A model generated the notes under the pieces. The model ran no database searches, was not told the DNA's origin, and was given only the letters and a program-made list of their open reading frames with translations. Below, piece by piece: positions 55,997-64,000 of a stretch of 64,000 nt of DNA. Position numbers and translations under genes: made by a program. This stretch comes from Escherichia phage vB_EcoM_ASO2A, in sequence record MZ726793.1, one strand, 5' to 3'. How positions within the stretch are numbered: position 1 is the stretch's first letter; each line of letters starts with the position of its first letter.

Positions 55997-58762
55997 ATGT
56001 CAACTACAATTACTAATTTACCCGAAACATCAAAAGTTAATGATTCTGATTACCTGGTTTTAGACCAACCTGATAAGACTGTTAAAAGCACAGTTTCCAA
56101 CTTTCTTACTGACACTGGGGTGGTTTTAGCCACCCAGTTGAAAGATACAGATGGTGCTACCAAGTATCCAGAACTTCAAATGTCACGTTGGAGAGATGAA
56201 GGTGATCCTAGAGGATGGGGAGCAGTAGGTGACGGAGCAACAGACGATACTAATGCCATAACACAGCTTCTTGCTGCTATGCCTGATGGATGGATTGTTG
56301 ATGGGCGTAATCTCACTTTCAAGGTTACAACACTACCAGATATAAGCAAGTTTAAAAACGCCGCTTTTGTTTACGAGCGTATTGTTGGACAACCCCTTAC
56401 TTACGTATCTGCGGGTTTCTTCGATGGAAATCTGACAAAAATTACGGATACACCATTTTACAATGCTTGGACGCAAGATAAGACGTTTGTTTATGACAAT
56501 GTTATATATGCACCATTTATGGCTGGCGAACGTCATGGTGTACAAAACCTCCATGTAGCGTGGGTTAAATCAGGAGATGATGGACAAACTTGGTCTATGC
56601 CAGAATGGTTAACTCCAATTCATCCTGGTTATAATGCCTCTTCAGCAAACAAAGTTAACTATCATTGTATGAGTATGGGTGTATGTGGTAATCGCTTATA
56701 TGCAGTGATCGAAACCCGTTACTTATCTAACATGCGATTGAAGAAAGCAGAACTTTGGTCACGTCCAATGCCTTATTATAGAAGGCCAACTGGAGGCATA
56801 ACAATTAGTTCTGGGTCTACTACAGCGACAATTGTTTTAGAAAAGCATGGTCTTAAAGTTGGAGATGCTGTTAACTTTTCCAATTCAGGTGCAACTGGCG
56901 TATCTGGAAATATGACTGTTGCATCTGTAATTAACAAGGATACATTTACTGTTACATTAGCGAGTGCTGCCACATCTAATATAGATAATACAGGAACTAC
57001 TTGGCATTTTGGAACACGTTTCTGGGATAGCCCTTGGGAAATTACAGAATTACCAGATGTTGCCTATTCTACTAATGCAGATTTATGTGTTACAGAAACC
57101 CATAGTTTTACAGTTATAGATGATGATAATTACACTTTTGCTGTTGGTTATCACAATGGTGATGTTTCCCCAAGAAGATTAGGTATTTTGTATTTCAATA
57201 ATGCTTACTCTGACCCAAGTTCTTTTACTCGTAGAACAATTAGTCAAGAATATGCTGACAATGCAGCAGAACCCTGCATTAAATATTATGATGGAATTTT
57301 ATATTTAACTACTAGGGGTACTTCAACTTCTGCTGCTGGTTCTACATTAGCAATGAGTACCGACCTTGGAGAAAACTGGAATTACTTAAGATTCCCTAAC
57401 AACGTTCATCATACAAACTTACCATTTGCAAAAGTTGGTAACTACCTTTATATCTTTGGTACAGAACGTTCATTCGGAGAATGGGAAGGAGAAGAACTAG
57501 ATAATAGATATAAAGGCACGTATCCTCGAACGTTTATGTGCAAGATTAATGTATCTTCATGGCCTACATCTTTATCCGATGTTCAATGGTTTAATATCAC
57601 TGATCAGATGTATCAAGGGCATATTGTTAATTCTGCATGTGGTGTTGGTTCGGTATGTGTTAAAGATGGTTGGTTATATTATATCTTTGGAGGCGAAGAT
57701 TTCTTATCTCCTTGGTCTATTGGAGATAATAGTAAAAAATTATGGTACAAGCATGATGGTCATCCAGCCGATTTATATAGTTATAGACTAAAGATTACCG
57801 AACATGATTTTGTATCACGTGATTTCAAATATGGAGCTACGCCAAACCGTACGTTGCCTGTATCTATGGGTACAGATGGGGTAAGGCATGTCTCAGCCCC
57901 TGTAACTTTTGATAATGATGTACAAGTATACTCTTTAACAGTTACTGGCCTTGAGCATGATGGGACGCAACAATCTGCCGTTAGAATAAAATTAGACGGT
58001 GATTATGGGGTTGTTGCAAAAAATGTCCCAATAAAAAATCCTTCTGAACAGCGACTAATCCTATGCGGAGGAGAAACTCCTTACGTTACGGATGGATCGC
58101 TATTACAACTATATGGTTCAAACCATACGTATCCAAACAGAGCAGTTTTATATGCCCCAGGAGGAGCATATACCCAAAATAATTTCATGCCGTATTTAGA
58201 TGGACAAGTTGCATTAGGCGGTGCGTCTAACAGATGGTCAGAAGTGTACGCATCTACAGGAACCATTAATACTTCGGATGGAACATTAAAAACTAAACCT
58301 ACAGAGATTGAAGATATTTTACTGAAAGCATGGGAAGATATTCATGTAATCTCTTACCAATGGCTTAGTGCTGTCGCGGAGAAAGGAGATTCTGCGCGTA
58401 TTCATTTTGGTGTTATAGCTCAAGATGTAAGAGATATTCTGATTAATTATGGTTTAATGGATGAAAATAGCACTGATTGTAAGTATGCTTTTCTGTGTTA
58501 TGATGAATACCCTGCTATGTACGATAGTGTTGTTACGGGACAAAAAGAAATCCCTTTATTTGATGATGAAGGGAATGTTGTAATTGATGAAGAAGGTAAT
58601 CCAGTAACAATCGTAGAAGATGTTGTAGAAACTATCGAAATAATTCCAGCAGGATCGCGATGGGGTATCCGCGCTGACCAAATGTTTTTTATTGAGATGG
58701 CTTATCAACGTAAAAAGTTAAAAGCTCTTGAAGAAAGACTTGCAACCCTGGAAAGTAAATAA
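55997..58762 (+). CDS. tailspike with sialidase-like beta-propeller and C-terminal self-cleaving chaperone domain
   Basis: Tail-fibre-like N-terminus, two Asp-boxes (SGDDGQTWS, STDLGENWN), C-terminal domain with NTSDGTLKTK ... HFGVIAQDV resembling S74-type intramolecular chaperones. Confidence 0.65.
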   Translation: MSTTITNLPETSKVNDSDYLVLDQPDKTVKSTVSNFLTDTGVVLATQLKDTDGATKYPELQMSRWRDEGDPRGWGAVGDGATDDTNAITQLLAAMPDGWIVDGRNLTFKVTTLPDISKFKNAAFVYERIVGQPLTYVSAGFFDGNLTKITDTPFYNAWTQDKTFVYDNVIYAPFMAGERHGVQNLHVAWVKSGDDGQTWSMPEWLTPIHPGYNASSANKVNYHCMSMGVCGNRLYAVIETRYLSNMRLKKAELWSRPMPYYRRPTGGITISSGSTTATIVLEKHGLKVGDAVNFSNSGATGVSGNMTVASVINKDTFTVTLASAATSNIDNTGTTWHFGTRFWDSPWEITELPDVAYSTNADLCVTETHSFTVIDDDNYTFAVGYHNGDVSPRRLGILYFNNAYSDPSSFTRRTISQEYADNAAEPCIKYYDGILYLTTRGTSTSAAGSTLAMSTDLGENWNYLRFPNNVHHTNLPFAKVGNYLYIFGTERSFGEWEGEELDNRYKGTYPRTFMCKINVSSWPTSLSDVQWFNITDQMYQGHIVNSACGVGSVCVKDGWLYYIFGGEDFLSPWSIGDNSKKLWYKHDGHPADLYSYRLKITEHDFVSRDFKYGATPNRTLPVSMGTDGVRHVSAPVTFDNDVQVYSLTVTGLEHDGTQQSAVRIKLDGDYGVVAKNVPIKNPSEQRLILCGGETPYVTDGSLLQLYGSNHTYPNRAVLYAPGGAYTQNNFMPYLDGQVALGGASNRWSEVYASTGTINTSDGTLKTKPTEIEDILLKAWEDIHVISYQWLSAVAEKGDSARIHFGVIAQDVRDILINYGLMDENSTDCKYAFLCYDEYPAMYDSVVTGQKEIPLFDDEGNVVIDEEGNPVTIVEDVVETIEIIPAGSRWGIRADQMFFIEMAYQRKKLKALEERLATLESK

Positions 58763-58810
58763 TACAGCTTAGGTGGTATTTCAATCTTTATATCTCACTT
58801 AGAGGTACTC

Positions 58811-59074
58811 ATGGCTAAAGAGAAAAACGGTTTTAAAAAATTTATTCGCGGAATGTTCTGCACTTACCCCGGCAACGGGGTAAGCTCTACGAAAGTCTGG
58901 AACGCTGTAGGCATGTCTGTTATGACAGGCATGTTTATCTTTTTAGGAATAGAAAAAGAAATTCCTGAATGGATGGGTTGGGCTTTTGTTTTCATGATAA
59001 CCCCTTCTCGCCTCATGAAAAATCTTATTGATTTACGTTGGGGCAGATCACAATCTACTAAAGAGGATGACTAA
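58811..59074 (+). CDS. small membrane protein (87 aa)
   Basis: Two hydrophobic segments. Confidence 0.3.
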   Translation: MAKEKNGFKKFIRGMFCTYPGNGVSSTKVWNAVGMSVMTGMFIFLGIEKEIPEWMGWAFVFMITPSRLMKNLIDLRWGRSQSTKEDD

Positions 59075-60561
59075 TGGACGAATATGGTTTGACAGATGCG
59101 GGATTTGTAATCCCGACTTTTGACGATGTTTTAAACAACTACATGACAGCAGTAAAAAACACATTTGGTGCAGATGCAGCCACTTCGGAAGATACTGTGA
59201 TCGGGCAACTGTTTAGAATAATTGCATACACAGATTACACATTGTGGGAAGGTATGCAAGGTGTTTATAATACTCAAACACTGGATGGTGCAGAAGGTAT
59301 TTATCTTGACGAAATCTTTTCTAAACGCGGTTTCTATCGAGCAGGGGCAGCAGCAAGTACAGGTTATGCATATGTTAAGAGCAATAACAAAGCAGCTTGG
59401 ACTTATGAGCTAGGCACGGATATTTACTTCAACTCTGATAGTGATATGAACTACTATGTTAGCACACCAACTATGTTGAATGCTAAGATTGCAGCTTATC
59501 AAATCTCTCGTGCTAATGCAACTGCTACAGGTGTTCCAAATATTACTTTTTATGCACAAAGTGCGGTAGATGGAGGACTAAACAGTAAAACACTTGCACC
59601 TGGTTCTTCTACATTTATAACCGATCTTGAAACTTTTATCAAGGCAAATTTAACAGAAGCTGATCGTAGTCTTGTATTTTCTGATTCAGGTAACTTATCA
59701 ATTGGTTTTACTTCTTTAACTAGTGATACTCCAGTGGGACTGGTAACTCCTATTAAATTTTATGCTAGTGTTCCGGTTGGAACCAAGTGGAGTGAGATTC
59801 CGGTAGTTGCAGCAGAGAAAGGATACAACCCTGTTGGCGTGGAGTCTATTACAGGGATATCTTCTACCTTTACAGGTTATCTTGACAGTGGTAACTTTTA
59901 TTCATTTTCTCCTGGTCGGGATGTTGAGACAGACGCAGAATTCCGCTCTCGTTTCAATGACAACGTTGATGAAGCTAACGCAGGGACACGAGCAGCTATT
60001 GTGAAAGCTCTGCTACTTACAGATGGTGTTACTAAGGTGAAGATTTATGATAACCCCACATTACATGATCAAGAACATGCTCCGGCTATGACTTTCCAGA
60101 CTATAGTTTATGGAGGAAGTGCTGAAGAAGTTGCTGAAGTTATTTACAAAACTAAACCAATCAACAGTTTGACACATGGAACAACCAACATAACTGTTAC
60201 AACGGAAGACGGAGGACAAGAAATTATTCGTTTTTCTCCTGGTGCTTCTGCTACGTATTCCGTAAAACTTGTTTATCAAACTGTCAACGGAACAACTTTA
60301 AGTGGAACAGAAAAACAAAACATTGTAGAAGCTTTACAAAACCTGCAAGCTTACTTTGAATTAGGTTCTTCAGTAACGAACGATCAAATCAAAGGTGTTA
60401 TTTATGCAGCACTTGCTTTTGGACGCTTGACTTCTCTTCGTGTTTATGTTAAACTTAATACTGAGGATGACAGTAAATATACAGAGAATAATATAGTTCC
60501 TGCTTATAATGTTGTCCCTTCTTTTGACCTTGATAACATTTCTTACGAGTATGGAGTGTAA
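59074..60561 (+). CDS. baseplate wedge (J-like) or tail fibre-associated protein (495 aa)
   Basis: Position and size. Confidence 0.35.
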   Translation: MDEYGLTDAGFVIPTFDDVLNNYMTAVKNTFGADAATSEDTVIGQLFRIIAYTDYTLWEGMQGVYNTQTLDGAEGIYLDEIFSKRGFYRAGAAASTGYAYVKSNNKAAWTYELGTDIYFNSDSDMNYYVSTPTMLNAKIAAYQISRANATATGVPNITFYAQSAVDGGLNSKTLAPGSSTFITDLETFIKANLTEADRSLVFSDSGNLSIGFTSLTSDTPVGLVTPIKFYASVPVGTKWSEIPVVAAEKGYNPVGVESITGISSTFTGYLDSGNFYSFSPGRDVETDAEFRSRFNDNVDEANAGTRAAIVKALLLTDGVTKVKIYDNPTLHDQEHAPAMTFQTIVYGGSAEEVAEVIYKTKPINSLTHGTTNITVTTEDGGQEIIRFSPGASATYSVKLVYQTVNGTTLSGTEKQNIVEALQNLQAYFELGSSVTNDQIKGVIYAALAFGRLTSLRVYVKLNTEDDSKYTENNIVPAYNVVPSFDLDNISYEYGV

Positions 60562-60563
60562 AA

Positions 60564-61193
60564 ATGGCAGTGAGTGTTGACCATGTAACAACTTGGGCCA
60601 GTATCAATGAAGACGTTAAAAACCTTCTGATTGAAGATTTTAAATCTTCTCCTAACATTGTCAAGCTCCTCTACATCGTATCCAGTGAAAAGCAAAAGAT
60701 AGATCAGGCAATGATCTATCTTGCTAAACACCGCTTGATCTCCACAGCCACAGGCAAATACCTAGATATCTTAGGAGAAGAAATGGGGATCGAACGTAAT
60801 GGCTCTGATGATGAAGAGTATAGAACAATATTAAAAATCAGGGCTTACCGCGTAGCCTCATCGGGGACTCGTGGTGACATAATTGATATCTTCGCCCGTT
60901 TCACAGGAACAGAGCGTGAAACGCTTAATACTTACGTAGGTTTGAATAAAACCTTTGATGTGTTTTTCTACAACCTGTGTCTTCAATCTGATCAAGCTTT
61001 AGAGCAGTTGCTAAGTGTTTTCCCTATTATTAGTAGCTACCGTCTTGGAGCAAAAGCAGGATCAGCTTTTGGTTTTAGTTCTTATTATGCTACCAAACCG
61101 CCTCATGGTATTGGTGGTTTAGGTTCCCTGTACATGGAATCTACTGGGGATGAAACAGGACGCATGTGTACGCTTCTCAAGCAAATAGATTAA
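60564..61193 (+). CDS. baseplate/tail protein (209 aa)
   Basis: Position. Confidence 0.35.
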   Translation: MAVSVDHVTTWASINEDVKNLLIEDFKSSPNIVKLLYIVSSEKQKIDQAMIYLAKHRLISTATGKYLDILGEEMGIERNGSDDEEYRTILKIRAYRVASSGTRGDIIDIFARFTGTERETLNTYVGLNKTFDVFFYNLCLQSDQALEQLLSVFPIISSYRLGAKAGSAFGFSSYYATKPPHGIGGLGSLYMESTGDETGRMCTLLKQID

Positions 61194-61202
61194 GGAGTTT
61201 AA

Positions 61203-62264
61203 ATGGCGAAGCCAATATATTATCCTGACTGGGCTACACAAACTGTAACGCTCCCAGGAACTTTAAACACAAACAAAATTAGACCTAAAGAAACCATCCG
61301 CACAGTTGGTATGGATTATGGTCAAATCATGACTTGCGAAGAAATGAACTGGATTCTTAATAATATCGGTTTATGGATTCGCTATTTGGTGGATGACTTT
61401 CTTCCAACTTTACCTGATACTTACTTGCCTTTAGTTGGAACTAAGATTACAATGGCAGGTGATGCTACTGGTGAGGCTACTTGGAATGGTAATAAAGAAG
61501 TTACTTTATCTATCCAAGTTCAAGATAACAGTCATAATCACTTGTCGGCAAACATTACAGATGCTACTAGTTCAACAGTAACACCAAACGTGTTGGTAAA
61601 ACGTGATGCGGGTGGTGCTATTTATGGTGGTGATGTTTATGTTAACGGTACTTCCACAACAGATCCTGCGACACTGTTTTTCAAAAACTTTGCAGGACAA
61701 ACTAATGGTGAGATTTCTGCCGAATACCAAAGTGGAGGTCAGCTTTATATTTATCGTAGAAATCCTAGCACAGGTAGTGTATCAGCAGGTGTTCGTTTAT
61801 ATGATGCAGGTTATGTTCTAATAGACAGTCCAAGATCAAACAGTGGACAAGATACTTCTAACGGAAATGCTTTAGTTCGCTTAGATTATCTGAATTCTCG
61901 TTTGACTTCTCTTCAGAACACATTGCAGACGAATATTAACACTGTTCAAAACAACCTGAATAGTGTTAACAGCAACCTCTCTTCCCGTATAAACAATGTA
62001 GAAAGTAATCATCAAAGTCAGATTACAAACAACTACAACTATGCTAACGGAACCTTTGTAAGAGATATTCGTTACACTAGCCAAGGCGTGTATTATCCAC
62101 CAGGGAACGAAGTTTCTTGGACTTATATCTGTTCTTCTGGTTATGTTCTTTCTGGTATTATTGTCCAGGAAACAGGACGTAGTTCTGCGGATAACATCGG
62201 TGGGGTTTATTTCAAACGCCTCCAGCGCAACGTTAACGGAAACTGGTACGATATCGGAGGCTAA
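61203..62264 (+). CDS. tail fibre protein (353 aa)
   Basis: Asn/Ser/Thr/Gly-rich repetitive central region. Confidence 0.4.
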   Translation: MAKPIYYPDWATQTVTLPGTLNTNKIRPKETIRTVGMDYGQIMTCEEMNWILNNIGLWIRYLVDDFLPTLPDTYLPLVGTKITMAGDATGEATWNGNKEVTLSIQVQDNSHNHLSANITDATSSTVTPNVLVKRDAGGAIYGGDVYVNGTSTTDPATLFFKNFAGQTNGEISAEYQSGGQLYIYRRNPSTGSVSAGVRLYDAGYVLIDSPRSNSGQDTSNGNALVRLDYLNSRLTSLQNTLQTNINTVQNNLNSVNSNLSSRINNVESNHQSQITNNYNYANGTFVRDIRYTSQGVYYPPGNEVSWTYICSSGYVLSGIIVQETGRSSADNIGGVYFKRLQRNVNGNWYDIGG

Positions 62265-62810
62265 ATGATATTTACAAATTTTAAAAGATATATTCCCGAA
62301 GATCCCGAACTAAAAGAATTGGTAGAAGTAGAGAACATTCTTTTTCTTCGTTGCGATCAAGGTTACGATTGGTATGATTTACGTAGCACAGAATTCAATA
62401 ACGATAAAATGAAAGTCGTTTTTGACGATCAAAATCGTATTGTGTTTTGGAACACTGATCCTACATTACTTTGCCCTGAAGATCTTTCTATAGCACAAGT
62501 GGACTTTAATATAGACACTTTTGAGGATATTAGAAACAAGGTTCTGGATTTAGAAACTTTGACTCTTAAGGATAAAGAGTATTCCCGTGAAGAGTTGATG
62601 ACACAAGCTAGTGCAAAAATTCGCTCTTTACAAGAAACAGCGGTAGCACTTATAACACCTTTACAGTATGCTAAAGATTTAGAAATGGCTACTGAAGATG
62701 AATTAGCTTATCTTAAAAATCTTCAAGTTTATGTGGTTAAACTAAACCGTGTTCCGCTTCAAAAAGACTATCCTTACACTATAGATTGGCCTACATTACC
62801 AACGGAATAA
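62265..62810 (+). CDS. possible tail fibre assembly protein (181 aa)
   Basis: Directly follows the fibre gene with 1-nt spacing. Confidence 0.3.
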   Translation: MIFTNFKRYIPEDPELKELVEVENILFLRCDQGYDWYDLRSTEFNNDKMKVVFDDQNRIVFWNTDPTLLCPEDLSIAQVDFNIDTFEDIRNKVLDLETLTLKDKEYSREELMTQASAKIRSLQETAVALITPLQYAKDLEMATEDELAYLKNLQVYVVKLNRVPLQKDYPYTIDWPTLPTE

Positions 62811-62819
62811 GGGATCATT

Positions 62820-63155
62820 ATGGAATTTCAAGAAGCATGGGGACTTGCAAAGGATGCAATAATCCCTTTAATCGGAGTCATCTGGTTCTTTTTCAAACAA
62901 AAAATGGATAAATTCGGCTCTGATCTTGAGGAAATGGAGGAGAAAAGTCGAGAGCTAGAGAAGAAGTTGGTCTTTGTTGAATCAACTTATGCAACTAAAG
63001 CCGAACTTACCCAGATGCTAAATCAAATTAACTCTACATTAATGGCAAATAATAACACTCTTGAGCAAAAAATTGAAAAGATTATGGACCTCAAGAATGC
63101 GACTATCCAAATGATGCTAGATGACATAGTTAAACGTACACAGAATAAGGGGTAA
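62820..63155 (+). CDS. membrane-anchored coiled-coil protein (111 aa)
   Basis: N-terminal hydrophobic segment then coiled coil. Confidence 0.3.
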   Translation: MEFQEAWGLAKDAIIPLIGVIWFFFKQKMDKFGSDLEEMEEKSRELEKKLVFVESTYATKAELTQMLNQINSTLMANNNTLEQKIEKIMDLKNATIQMMLDDIVKRTQNKG

Positions 63156-63158
63156 TTA

Positions 63159-64000
63159 ATGGCAACATTCCCAACGTATCCAGCAACGTCTCTTGAACAG
63201 GGCGTAGATCTGGTTATTTTCTCGTCCAATCAACTTCATGATGTTATTAATGGAAGTGCGACAGAAAGTATTGAGACAGAATCAGGATTGATACCAACCC
63301 TGAGAAAAGCCCTTGTTGATAACTTTTTCTTTAAAAGCCCATTGGATTGGGCGCAAGGCACAAATGAAACGGTTTTTAACCAACTTCGTTATTTCCAGAA
63401 TGGAGTATTGAGCGGTTATTACTATGCTCCTAACGCTACATTGGTTAACCCTATCCCTATGCAAGGGACTCCAGTAGGAGATAACAACTGGGTATTGTGG
63501 GGACTGAAGACAGAACAATTGGCAACAGAAGTCACCCCTTGGGTATATTCTGGTGCAACTGGTTATGAAACAGTAATTAGTCCTCCTTACATCTTTGATA
63601 GTGCTATTGTTACGATCAATGGTGTTATTCAGGTTCTGGGGGAAGCTTTCCGTATAGAAGATAGTAAGATCATCTTATCTGAACCTTTGGGACACGATCC
63701 TGCAACAGGACTGCCAAACAAGCTTTTTGCTTATATTGGTAAAATCGTAGCTTCAGCAGATACAGATCCTAATCTAGAGAACCGTCTTGTTAGTTTAGAA
63801 ACAAAAACGGAAGAACTAACAGAAAGCATGGATAAAGTCCCTCTGCAAACTATTGCTCGTAAATATGGTTTGTTAGATGATGAGGTGGCTTACGCAACAG
63901 CAGGTCAATCGTTAACAGGGATTAAAGCTGTGTATGATCCAGTAGCACAGTCTTCCTACACATTACCTCCTAACATCACAGGAACTTTAACATCCTTGTC
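63159..64000 (+). CDS. tail fibre-like protein, partial (runs off window end)
   Basis: Manual translation from ATG 63159 (MATFPTYPATSLEQGVDL...) is open to position 64000; not in the ORF track. Confidence 0.45.
   Translation, partial: MATFPTYPATSLEQGVDLVIFSSNQLHDVINGSATESIETESGLIPTLRKALVDNFFFKSPLDWAQGTNETVFNQLRYFQNGVLSGYYYAPNATLVNPIPMQGTPVGDNNWVLWGLKTEQLATEVTPWVYSGATGYETVISPPYIFDSAIVTINGVIQVLGEAFRIEDSKIILSEPLGHDPATGLPNKLFAYIGKIVASADTDPNLENRLVSLETKTEELTESMDKVPLQTIARKYGLLDDEVAYATAGQSLTGIKAVYDPVAQSSYTLPPNITGTLTSL

Overview
This 64 kb window reads as part of a large virulent tailed phage (myovirus-type) genome with an enterobacterial-style expression system (TTGACA-N17-TATAAT-like promoters, GGAGG ribosome-binding sites, host-like codon usage in capsid genes). 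All calls are from reading the sequence and motifs by eye; no database search or folding program was run. Layout: (1) 1-27.7 kb, minus strand: early/middle genes, including an orphan N6-adenine methyltransferase, an HslV-like peptidase, PhoH, a T4-type lysozyme, glutaredoxin, a complete dTDP-L-rhamnose pathway (rmlB-rmlA-rmlC-rmlD), class Ia ribonucleotide reductase (nrdA/nrdB), ThyX, an HNH endonuclease, a DEDD exonuclease, a MazG-like pyrophosphohydrolase, a DNA ligase, a kinase/ligase/phosphoesterase RNA-repair trio, and many small unknown ORFs. (2) 27.7-28.2 kb: an AT-rich divergent intergenic region with GTAC-containing repeats. (3) 28.9-31.3 kb: a plus-strand cluster of about 12 tRNA genes plus two tRNA-like elements, driven by three copies of a conserved promoter. 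(4) 31.4-64 kb, plus strand: late module with overlapping spanins, a large terminase carrying an apparent mini-intein in its P-loop, portal, scaffold, major capsid, sheath, tube, a -1 frameshifted tail chaperone, tape measure, baseplate and central spike, and a run of large tailspike/fibre genes, one with sialidase-like Asp-boxes and a C-terminal self-cleaving chaperone domain. No integrase, transposase, CRISPR array or rRNA was seen. The most notable items are the phage-borne rml pathway, the terminase intein, the RNA-repair trio next to an unusual tRNA set, the HslV-like peptidase, and one in-frame TAA separating two co-framed ORFs. The overall architecture resembles multi-tailspike enterobacterial myoviruses, but that cannot be confirmed without a search.
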